NCBI GenBank assembly: GCA_021799495.1
Contig: JAJZAI010000014.1
Location: 8-64,007 of the forward strand
Direction of reading: 5' to 3'
DNA: 64,000 nt
Origin: Deltaproteobacteria bacterium
GTDB taxonomy: Bacteria > Desulfobacterota > Binatia > Binatales > Binataceae
The stretch's first letter is position 1. Every line of letters starts with the position of its first letter. Positions 53,751-61,496 of the stretch are shown here, in pieces. Position numbers and translations under genes: made by a program. The notes beneath the pieces are model-generated. The model saw only the letters and a list, made by a program, of their open reading frames with translations, had not been told where the DNA came from and did not search any database.

Positions 53751-54689
53751 ATGCGGATACTCGTCACCGGCGGCGCCGGCTTTATTGGATCGCATACCGT
53801 TGATGCGCTGGTCGCCGCCGGAGCGCATCAGGTGGACGTGATCGACAACCTCGCGGCGGGCAGGCGCGACAACCTGAACCCCGGCGCGCGGTTCCATGAA
53901 GCCGACCTGCGCGACGCCGGGCGCGTGCGCGAGATCGCCGCGTCGCATCGGCCCGAAGCGATCGTCCATTTCGCGGCGCAGATGGACGTGCGGCGTTCGG
54001 TCGCCGATCCCGCGTTCGACGCGCAGGTGAACCTGGTCGGCTTTCTCAATTTGATCGAAGCGGCGCGGCCGCACGGCCTGAGGCGCGTCGTGTTCGCCTC
54101 GACCGGCGGCGCGATCTACGGAGAGCAGGACTTTTTCCCCGCCGACGAGGGCCATCCGTGCCGTCCGGTCAGTCCTTACGGCGTGGCGAAACTGGCCACC
54201 GAATCCTATCTCCATTTTTATAAGGTCCAATACGGGATCGAATACGCCGCGATGCGCTATGCGAACGTCTATGGGCCGCGGCAGGACCCGCAGGGCGAGG
54301 CCGGGGTCGTCGCAATCTTCTGCGCGCGGCTGCTCGAAGGCCGCCCGGCGACGATTTTCGGCGACGGCGAGCAAACCCGCGACTACGTCTATGTCGGCGA
54401 CGTCGTGCGCGCGAATGTCGCGGCGCTGACGGCGGCGGCCGGCGGCCCGATCAATATCGGAACGGGCGTCGAGACCAGCGTGAACCGGCTCTACCGGCGG
54501 CTCGCGGAAATCGCGGGCGTGTCCGGGGCGCCGGAGCATGCCGCGGCGCGTCCGGGCGAGCAAATGCGCTCGGCGATCTCCGCGGCGCGCGCGGGCCGGG
54601 AACTCGGATGGCGGCCGGAGGTCGCGCTCGACGACGGTCTGCGGCGCACCTGCGCGTACTTTCAGGAGCGCTTCGCGCGCTCCCGCTGA
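53751..54689 (+). CDS. NAD-dependent nucleotide-sugar epimerase/dehydratase (GalE/UXS-like extended SDR)
   Basis: 312-aa ORF with ILVTGGAGFIGSH and the YGVAK catalytic YxxxK. Confidence 0.9.
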   Translation: MRILVTGGAGFIGSHTVDALVAAGAHQVDVIDNLAAGRRDNLNPGARFHEADLRDAGRVREIAASHRPEAIVHFAAQMDVRRSVADPAFDAQVNLVGFLNLIEAARPHGLRRVVFASTGGAIYGEQDFFPADEGHPCRPVSPYGVAKLATESYLHFYKVQYGIEYAAMRYANVYGPRQDPQGEAGVVAIFCARLLEGRPATIFGDGEQTRDYVYVGDVVRANVAALTAAAGGPINIGTGVETSVNRLYRRLAEIAGVSGAPEHAAARPGEQMRSAISAARAGRELGWRPEVALDDGLRRTCAYFQERFARSR

Positions 54690-54746
54690 CGCCGTGCTAT
54701 CATCGGGGATTCGGAGCGCCAATCGCGCCCGCATAATCGCATTTTC

Positions 54747-56549
54747 ATGACGCCTCGCGAGCTAATCCGCAATTTTTCGATAATCGCGCATATCGACCAC
54801 GGCAAATCGACGCTGGCCGATCGGCTGCTCGAACATACCGGCGCGCTTTCGAAGCGGGAACTCAAGGAACAGTTCCTCGATTCGATGGACCTCGAGCGCG
54901 AGCGCGGCATCACGATCAAAGCGCGGTCGGTGCGCCTGAATTACGCCGCCCGCGACGGCAAAACCTACATCCTCAACCTGATCGACACCCCCGGCCATGT
55001 CGATTTCGCATACGAAGTGTCCCGCAGCCTCGCCGCTTGCGAAGGCGCATTGCTGGTGGTTGACGCCAGCCAGGGCGTAGAAGCGCAAACCTTGGCCAAT
55101 GTTTACATGGCGCTCGACCACGGCCTCGAAATCGTGCCGGTTATCAACAAGATCGATCTGCCGGGCGCCGACGTCGAGCATACGCGCGGTGAAATCGAGC
55201 AGGTTATCGGGCTCGACGCGGCCGACGCGATCCTGACCTCGGCCAAGGAAGGCATCGGCATCGAGGAAACGCTCGAGGCGGTCGTCGAGCGAATCCCGCC
55301 GCCCCCATCGGGCGAGGGCAAGCCCTTGCGCGCCCTTATCTTCGATAGCTGGTATGACGCATACGAGGGCGTAATCGGCCTGGTGCGCGTGGTCGAGGGC
55401 GAATTGCGGCGCGGCATGAAAGTCCGCCTGATGGCGACCGGCAAGACCGGCGAAGTGATGCGCTTGGGGTGGTTTACGCCGCACGAGCAAGCCGCTGAGA
55501 CGATCGGTCCGGGCGAGGTCGGGTTTGTCGTCGCCGGAATCAAAACCGTTGCCGACATGCGCGTTGGCGACACGGTTACCGACGCCGAGCGGCCGGCCGG
55601 CGAACCGCTCGCGGGCTTCAAGGAATTGAAGCCGATGGTCTTCGCCGGCCTCTATCCGACCGAGGCGAATCAATACGGCGAACTTCGCGACGCTATAGAG
55701 AAACTAAGGCTCAACGACGCGAGTATCGCGGTCGAGCCGGAAACCTCGCAGGCGCTCGGCTTCGGCTTTCGCGCCGGATTCCTCGGCTTGCTGCATATGG
55801 AAATCGCGCAGGAACGGCTCGAGCGCGAATTCGGTCTCGATCTGGTCGTTACCGCGCCGACGGTAGCCTATCGCGTACGGACTGTGGCCGGCGGGACCAC
55901 GATGGTCGATAATCCGGCGTTGTTGCCCGACGAAAGCGCGATCGAAGCGATCGAGGAACCGTTTATCCTCGCGTCGATTCACGTTCCGGAAGAATTCCTC
56001 GGCGCCGTGATGCATCTGTGCGAGGAACGCCGGGGCGTGCAGCGCGACCTCAAATTCTCCGGCCATCAACGCGCGATTTTGCAGTACGAGATGCCGTTGG
56101 CGGAAATTGTTTTCGACTTCTATGACCGGCTTAAATCAGCTACGCGAGGTTATGCGTCGCTCGATTATGAGTTTCTAGACTTTCGCCCCGAGCATCTGGT
56201 TAAATTGGACATCCGCATCAACGGCGAGATTGTCGACGCGCTCTCGATGATTGTTCATCGGGACAAGGCCTATGAGCGCGGGCGCGCGCTGTGCGAAAAG
56301 ATGCGCGAGCTGATTCCGCGGCAGATGTTCGAGGTGGCGATCCAGGCGGCTATCGGCGCCAAGATAATCGCAAGAGAATCGGTCAAGGCGCTGCGCAAGA
56401 ACGTTACCGCCAAGTGTTACGGCGGGGATATCACGCGCAAACGCAAGCTTCTGGAAAAACAGAAAGAAGGTAAACGCAGGATGAAACAGGTCGGCCGCGT
56501 CGAGATACCTCAGGAGGCGTTTCTGGCTCTCCTCAAGGTTGGAGACTAG
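54747..56549 (+). CDS. lepA: Elongation factor 4 (translational GTPase LepA)
   Basis: 600-aa ORF with [35 protein letters not shown], and the LepA-specific C-terminal domain. Confidence 0.97.
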   Translation: MTPRELIRNFSIIAHIDHGKSTLADRLLEHTGALSKRELKEQFLDSMDLERERGITIKARSVRLNYAARDGKTYILNLIDTPGHVDFAYEVSRSLAACEGALLVVDASQGVEAQTLANVYMALDHGLEIVPVINKIDLPGADVEHTRGEIEQVIGLDAADAILTSAKEGIGIEETLEAVVERIPPPPSGEGKPLRALIFDSWYDAYEGVIGLVRVVEGELRRGMKVRLMATGKTGEVMRLGWFTPHEQAAETIGPGEVGFVVAGIKTVADMRVGDTVTDAERPAGEPLAGFKELKPMVFAGLYPTEANQYGELRDAIEKLRLNDASIAVEPETSQALGFGFRAGFLGLLHMEIAQERLEREFGLDLVVTAPTVAYRVRTVAGGTTMVDNPALLPDESAIEAIEEPFILASIHVPEEFLGAVMHLCEERRGVQRDLKFSGHQRAILQYEMPLAEIVFDFYDRLKSATRGYASLDYEFLDFRPEHLVKLDIRINGEIVDALSMIVHRDKAYERGRALCEKMRELIPRQMFEVAIQAAIGAKIIARESVKALRKNVTAKCYGGDITRKRKLLEKQKEGKRRMKQVGRVEIPQEAFLALLKVGD

Positions 56550-56555
56550 GCGTCC

Positions 56556-57281
56556 GTGGCCGGTCAATCGACGCAGGCGTCGCGCGCGCAAACGCCCGAA
56601 CGATCCGTAAATCAGCTGCCGCCGCGTCCCGAGAAATCCGCGTTACGCGAATACGCGGAGGCGTTTGTCGTCGCGATCGTTCTGGCGCTGATCCTGCGCA
56701 CTTTCTTTATTCAGGCGTACAAGATTCCGTCGGGTTCGATGGAGCCGACGCTGCTGGTCGGCGATCACATCATCGTCAACAAGCTGATTTACGGATTTCG
56801 CCTGCCGGACTCGATCCTCGGGCTCACGCCGATGGCCGCGGAAATTCCCTACGGCCATTATCTGTTCAAACTGGAGCCTGTGCATCGCGGCGACGTGGTG
56901 GTTTTCGTCTTTCCGCCCGATCCCACCAAGGATTTCATCAAGCGGGTGATCGGGATTGGCGGCGATACGATCGAGGTCCGCAACGGCGTGCTCTACCGCA
57001 ACGGCGAGCGCGCCGACGATCCCCACGCCCATTTCGAACTGACTCCGGACGAGCGCGAAGCCGATTCGCCGCGCGACAATTTCGGCCCGGTCACGGTGCC
57101 CAAGGGGCAGTTCTTCATGATGGGCGACAATCGCGACCGCAGCTACGACAGTCGCTTTTGGGGGATGGTCGATCGGAATGAGGTCGAAGGGCGCGCGATG
57201 TTTATCTACTGGTCGTGGGACAGCGACAGCTCCTCGATCGTGCCGATCCGCTGGAGCAGGCTCGGCAAAGTGATACATTAA
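56556..57281 (+). CDS. lepB: Signal peptidase I
   Basis: 241-aa ORF with a TM anchor, the catalytic Ser box (IPSGSMEPTL), the Lys box (KRVIG) and GDNRDRSYDSRFWG. GTG start. Confidence 0.95.
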   Translation: MAGQSTQASRAQTPERSVNQLPPRPEKSALREYAEAFVVAIVLALILRTFFIQAYKIPSGSMEPTLLVGDHIIVNKLIYGFRLPDSILGLTPMAAEIPYGHYLFKLEPVHRGDVVVFVFPPDPTKDFIKRVIGIGGDTIEVRNGVLYRNGERADDPHAHFELTPDEREADSPRDNFGPVTVPKGQFFMMGDNRDRSYDSRFWGMVDRNEVEGRAMFIYWSWDSDSSSIVPIRWSRLGKVIH

Positions 57282-57322
57282 CCGCCATATCGGCGTGCGT
57301 CATCGATGGGGGAGAGGAAGCC

Positions 57323-58042
57323 GTGGCCGAAGACGAGTCGAGAAAGATTGGAACGCTGCTGGAGCAGCTTGGCGCTCGTTTTGACCTGGTGATTGAAGCC
57401 GTCACAGGCTTCGGCGGCCGTCTCGACGCGCTGCGCGAAGAGGTGATGGGCCAGTTCGGCGAAGTCGGCCGTCAGATTCGTTTCCTTGCCGACCGGATCG
57501 CGGAGAATCGCGAGGCGGTCGCGCTGACGCGCGCGGACCTGGGCGCGGAAATGATCCGGATCGGCGAAAACCTTGGCGCCACCCGCGTCGAAACACGCGA
57601 GAATTTCCTCAACGCGCGAATCGAAAGACGCGAGGATATCGTCGCGATTCGCGAGGAATTCCGCAACGTGATGGCGGCGGAGACGGAGAGCGCGCGGACG
57701 CGCCATGCCGGCGAAATCGCACGCGCGACGGAAGCGCTGGAAACCCGGCTGGAAAACCGGCTTGCGGCGCTGGGCGAGGAATTGCGCCGTCAAATCGAGG
57801 CCGAAAAATCGCCCGCGAGCGACGGACTGCCCGCGGCTGCGTCAGCCGAAATCCGCGCCGGTTTCGCTTCCTCGACCGACGCGATTGTCAAGAAAATCGA
57901 TCACGACCTGAAGTCCACCACCAAAACGCTGACCACCCTGATGCGCAAGTTCGAGCGCTTCGACGATCGAATCACGGTGCAGACCAAGGATCAGGACCAG
58001 CGGCTCAAAAAGCTCGAACGCAAGACCGCCTCGCGCGGCTGA
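57323..58042 (+). CDS. Hypothetical coiled-coil protein (239 aa)
   Basis: Part of ORF 57215..58042, whose first 22 codons overlap lepB. GTG 57323 follows GGGGGAGAGGAAG. The sequence is E/R/A-rich with heptad-like repeats. No catalytic motif recognised. Confidence 0.45.
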   Translation: MAEDESRKIGTLLEQLGARFDLVIEAVTGFGGRLDALREEVMGQFGEVGRQIRFLADRIAENREAVALTRADLGAEMIRIGENLGATRVETRENFLNARIERREDIVAIREEFRNVMAAETESARTRHAGEIARATEALETRLENRLAALGEELRRQIEAEKSPASDGLPAAASAEIRAGFASSTDAIVKKIDHDLKSTTKTLTTLMRKFERFDDRITVQTKDQDQRLKKLERKTASRG

Positions 58043-58077
58043 CGCGGCGCCAGAACTCGCTTTCGCGATACGATAAG

Positions 58078-58107
58078 GCGGGGCCGGCCCGGATGGGCCG
58101 GCCGCGC
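58078..58107. terminator. GC-rich hairpin between convergent genes (possible bidirectional terminator)
   Basis: GCGGGGCCGGCCC-GGAT-GGGCCGGCCGCGC has a 13-bp stem with one mismatch. It has no flanking T-tract. It lies between the 58042 stop (+) and the 58136 stop (-). Confidence 0.4.
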
Positions 58108-58135
58108 TCGCTTCGACGCGGACCGGCCGGAACGG

Positions 58136-58978
58136 TCAATCCTTTTCAAACGAGGGGCCGGACCATTTGGCGGGAGTCTGGAACGCCGGTCGCGGCGCGC
58201 CGCCGCCAAACAGGTTTCCGCCCGCCATCAGGCCGCCGTCCACGACCATCGCCGTGCCCGTGACCCATTCCGAATCGTCGCTGGCGAGATAGAGCGCCGC
58301 ACCCGCGATATCCTCGCCCGTGCCGGCGCGATGGATCGGCTGGATATTGTCCAGAAGCTGGCGCACCACCGGATCTCCGCCCGGAATATGTTTGTGAATC
58401 AGGGGAGTGTTGATGCCGCCGGGACAGATGCAGTTGACGCGGATTTTATCCCCGCCCAGCTCCAGCGCGGCGCACTTGGTGAGATGGATTACGCCGGCTT
58501 TGGCCACGCTGTAAACCAGCGGCCCGGCGCCGCCGCGCAAACCGGCGACGGACGCGGTCGAGATAATCGACCCGCCGCCGATTTTGCGCATCTCGGGCGC
58601 GGCGTGCTTGATGCCGAGGAAAACGCCGCGCAGCAGAATCGCGAAGGTGCGGTCCCAGTTTTCGGCGCTGGTCTCCTCGAGCGAGCCGAGCGCGCCTGCA
58701 AGGCCGGCGTTGTTGAACATCACGTCGAGCCGGCCGAACTCCTTGACGGCGCGCTCGATCGCGCCCTTGATTTCGCCCTCGGCCGTAACGTCGGTCTTGT
58801 GAAATACGGCGTTCGCGCTGTTTTCGCGGCACTCGCGGACCGCCGCTTCGCCGCCTTCGGCGTTCAGATCGGCGATTACGATGCTGGCGCCTTCGGCCGC
58901 GAAGCGCGCCGCGGTCGCGCGGCCCATCCCGCTTGCGGCGCCGGTGATGACGGCGACTTTTCCTTCCAGCCTGCGCAT
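58136..58978 (-). CDS. Short-chain dehydrogenase/reductase (classical SDR)
   Basis: Internal ATG 58978 of ORF 58136..59176 (MRRLEGKVAVITGAASGMGRA...). It has NNAG and the YSVAK catalytic YxxxK. Confidence 0.9.
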   Translation of the reverse strand: MRRLEGKVAVITGAASGMGRATAARFAAEGASIVIADLNAEGGEAAVRECRENSANAVFHKTDVTAEGEIKGAIERAVKEFGRLDVMFNNAGLAGALGSLEETSAENWDRTFAILLRGVFLGIKHAAPEMRKIGGGSIISTASVAGLRGGAGPLVYSVAKAGVIHLTKCAALELGGDKIRVNCICPGGINTPLIHKHIPGGDPVVRQLLDNIQPIHRAGTGEDIAGAALYLASDDSEWVTGTAMVVDGGLMAGGNLFGGGAPRPAFQTPAKWSGPSFEKD

Positions 58979-59127
58979 GATCGATGCTCCGTAATTTGAT
59001 GGTTGCCGGCGGGCGATGGCGTGCGCCACGCCGCGCCGGGCGCGACCATCCTGACCGATACCGCCGCGATGCGCTATCGGAAAGCGGCGGACGGTCGCAC
59101 CGCGCCGGTGTATAATCCAGCGCAAGA

Positions 59128-61275
59128 ATGAGCAAATCGATCGAAAACAGCGCGGCCGCTGACGGCTCCGGCGCAATCGTTCCGCCCAAGCCGGAGGAGC
59201 TGGGCCCGCGCTACGCTTCGCTGGTCGATTACGATCCAGAATCCCGCGCGCGCGAGGCGCTGACGCTCGACGCCGAACTGGAACGCCGGCTCGAAGCGAT
59301 TCCCGCCGATCCGGGGGTCTATCTGCTGCGCGATCGCGCGGGCAAGGTGCTTTACGCCGGCAAGGCGAAGTCGCTGCGTTCGCGGGTGCGATCGTATTTC
59401 CGGCCGGGGGGCGACGGGCGTTTCCAGGTGCGCTTCCTGATGCGCAAGGTGCGCGACTTTGAAACTCTGGTCGTGCGCAGCGAAAAGGAAGCGCTGATCC
59501 TCGAAAACAACCTGATCAAGCAATACAAGCCGCGCTACAATATTCGGCTCAAGGACGACAAGTCGTACCTAAGCGCCAAGGTAACGAACCATCCCTGGCC
59601 GCGCATCACGGTCACGCGCCGCATCGTCAAGGACGGCGGGCGCTACTTCGGGCCGTTCGGTTCGGCGGACGGCCTGCGCGAGACGATCGACGTAATCCGC
59701 AAGGTCTTTCCGCTGCGCACCTGCTCGGACGCGGTGTTCCGCAATCGCGCGCGGCCCTGTATCGAATACCAGATCAAGCGTTGTCTCGGACCGTGCTGCC
59801 TGCCGGTCGATCGCGACGAATACGGGCGGCATCTGCATGCGGCCGAGATGCTGCTTGAGGGCAAGAATCTCGAATTGCTGCGCGAGCTGCGCGAGCGGAT
59901 GCGGGCCTACGCCGAGCGGCTCGAATTCGAGGCGGCGGCACGCCTGCGCGATCGCGTGCGGGCGATCGAAAAGACGGTCGAAAAGCAGACCGTGCTGCAC
60001 CATTGGGGCGGCGATCAGGACGTCTTCGGATTGTATCGCGAGGGCGGGTTTATCGAGGCGATCGTCCTGATGGTTCGCAACGGCAAGCTCAACAGCACGC
60101 GGAGCTGGAGTTTTCAGGACCTCGAGTTTTCCGACGAAGAGCTTCTGGCCGACCTGTTGACGCAGTATTACGCGAGCGCGCTGACGCCGCCCGACGAAGT
60201 GATCGCGCCGGTCGCGCTCGAAGATGCGGCCGCGCGCGCCGAGCTGCTTTCGGAACGGCGCGGGCGCAAGGTCGAATTCATCGTGCCCCAGCGCGGCGAG
60301 AAGCTGCGGCTGCTGGAGATGGCGATGGAAAACGCGCGGCAGAGCTTCGCCGCGCGGCGCGACAACGAAAATACGCGCGAGAAGATGCTCGCCGAGCTGC
60401 GCGCCCGGCTCCATCTGCGCAACACGCCCAAGCGGATCGAATGCTACGACATCTCGAACTTGCAAGGCTCGATGGTGGTCGGGTCGCAGGCGACCTTCGA
60501 TGAAGGCGAGCCGTGCAAGGCGCTTTACCGCCGCTATCGGATTCGCAGTGTCGCCGGGCAGGACGATTTCGCGAGCCTCTACGAGGTGCTGGGCCGCCGC
60601 CTCAAGCGCGCCAAAGAGGAAAACGAGTATCCCGATTTGTGGGTGATCGACGGCGGCAAGGGCCAGTTGAACGTGGCCGTTCAGGTGCTCAAGGACGCCG
60701 GCGCATCGGACCAGATTGAGGTTGTTTCGCTGGCCAAGCGGCACGTGCTGAACGACGGGCGCGATCGCAACGTGGTCAAGTCGGAGGAGCGGGTCTTCCT
60801 GCCGAATCGCAAAGACCCAATCGTGCTGCCGCGCAATTCCAACGCGCTGTTCCTGCTGGTGCGTATCCGCGACGAGGCGCATCGCTTTGCGATTACCTAT
60901 AATCGCGAACTGCGGCGGCGCGCGCGGCTGAAGTCGGTTCTCGACGATATCGAGGGCATCGGGCCGGTGCGCCGGCGCGAGCTGTTGAGGCATTTCGGCA
61001 GCCTGCGGCGGATTCGCGCGGCGTCGCTCGCGGAATTGCAGGCGGTCAAAGGCGTGAATGCGGATTTGGCCGCGCAAATCCGGCGGCATCTTGACGCGAT
61101 GGCCGCGCTGCTCGACGAGCAGGAGCGGGCGGAGCGCGAAGAGTACGGGTCGGAATATCTCGACGCTGGCCAGGGCCAGCTTGAACTGCTCGCCCGCAAG
61201 GATCGTCCCGGCGGAGTTGCGTCGGGCGAAGCGGAAAAGCCAGCGGCCGATTCGGTCGAACCGGCCGGCGGTTAG
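59128..61275 (+). CDS. uvrC: Excinuclease ABC subunit C
   Basis: 715-aa ORF with a GIY-YIG domain (GVYLLRDRAGKVLYAGKAKSLRSRV), a UVR domain (FEAAARLRDRVRAI), an RNase H-like endonuclease domain and a C-terminal (HhH)2. The N-terminal ~50 aa may be over-extended. Confidence 0.93.
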   Translation: MSKSIENSAAADGSGAIVPPKPEELGPRYASLVDYDPESRAREALTLDAELERRLEAIPADPGVYLLRDRAGKVLYAGKAKSLRSRVRSYFRPGGDGRFQVRFLMRKVRDFETLVVRSEKEALILENNLIKQYKPRYNIRLKDDKSYLSAKVTNHPWPRITVTRRIVKDGGRYFGPFGSADGLRETIDVIRKVFPLRTCSDAVFRNRARPCIEYQIKRCLGPCCLPVDRDEYGRHLHAAEMLLEGKNLELLRELRERMRAYAERLEFEAAARLRDRVRAIEKTVEKQTVLHHWGGDQDVFGLYREGGFIEAIVLMVRNGKLNSTRSWSFQDLEFSDEELLADLLTQYYASALTPPDEVIAPVALEDAAARAELLSERRGRKVEFIVPQRGEKLRLLEMAMENARQSFAARRDNENTREKMLAELRARLHLRNTPKRIECYDISNLQGSMVVGSQATFDEGEPCKALYRRYRIRSVAGQDDFASLYEVLGRRLKRAKEENEYPDLWVIDGGKGQLNVAVQVLKDAGASDQIEVVSLAKRHVLNDGRDRNVVKSEERVFLPNRKDPIVLPRNSNALFLLVRIRDEAHRFAITYNRELRRRARLKSVLDDIEGIGPVRRRELLRHFGSLRRIRAASLAELQAVKGVNADLAAQIRRHLDAMAALLDEQERAEREEYGSEYLDAGQGQLELLARKDRPGGVASGEAEKPAADSVEPAGG

Positions 61276-61496
61276 CGAACGATGCGGCGGGCGTGAGCCG
61301 CCGTTGGCATCCGCCCGGCGCTTCACTATACCCAATTCACGTGGATTCAAATTGACGGCGCGTGCCGGGGGTGGGTGAAATCGCGGCGGCGAAGCAAATC
61401 GGCGCCGCCGGATCAGGCGGCGCAAGCTCCGAGACGAACCGGAATCCAGCGCGCGCATGGCTTGATTGGACCGCCGCGCGGCCGCCGCTATATGGC

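Noticed and set aside
51473-54689. GT2 polyprenyl-phosphate glycosyltransferase + ugd + epimerase/dehydratase, considered as an unusual lipid-A (Ara4N-like) modification locus.
   Set aside because: The diagnostic ArnA formyltransferase/decarboxylase, ArnB aminotransferase, ArnT and ArnEF genes are absent. The trio is a common generic nucleotide-sugar/envelope glycosylation cluster.
52815-54734. 639-aa minus-strand ORF. Also 59569..61458 (629 aa) and 62037..63743 (568 aa).
   Set aside because: They are antisense to ugd/epimerase, uvrC and comEC respectively. Composition is Arg-rich and low-complexity, with no domain signatures. The sense-strand genes have unambiguous motifs.
59128-59320. About 50-aa N-terminal extension of UvrC before the GIY-YIG motif.
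   Set aside because: This most likely reflects start-codon ambiguity in a long open frame. It cannot be resolved without homolog alignment, so it is not treated as a feature.
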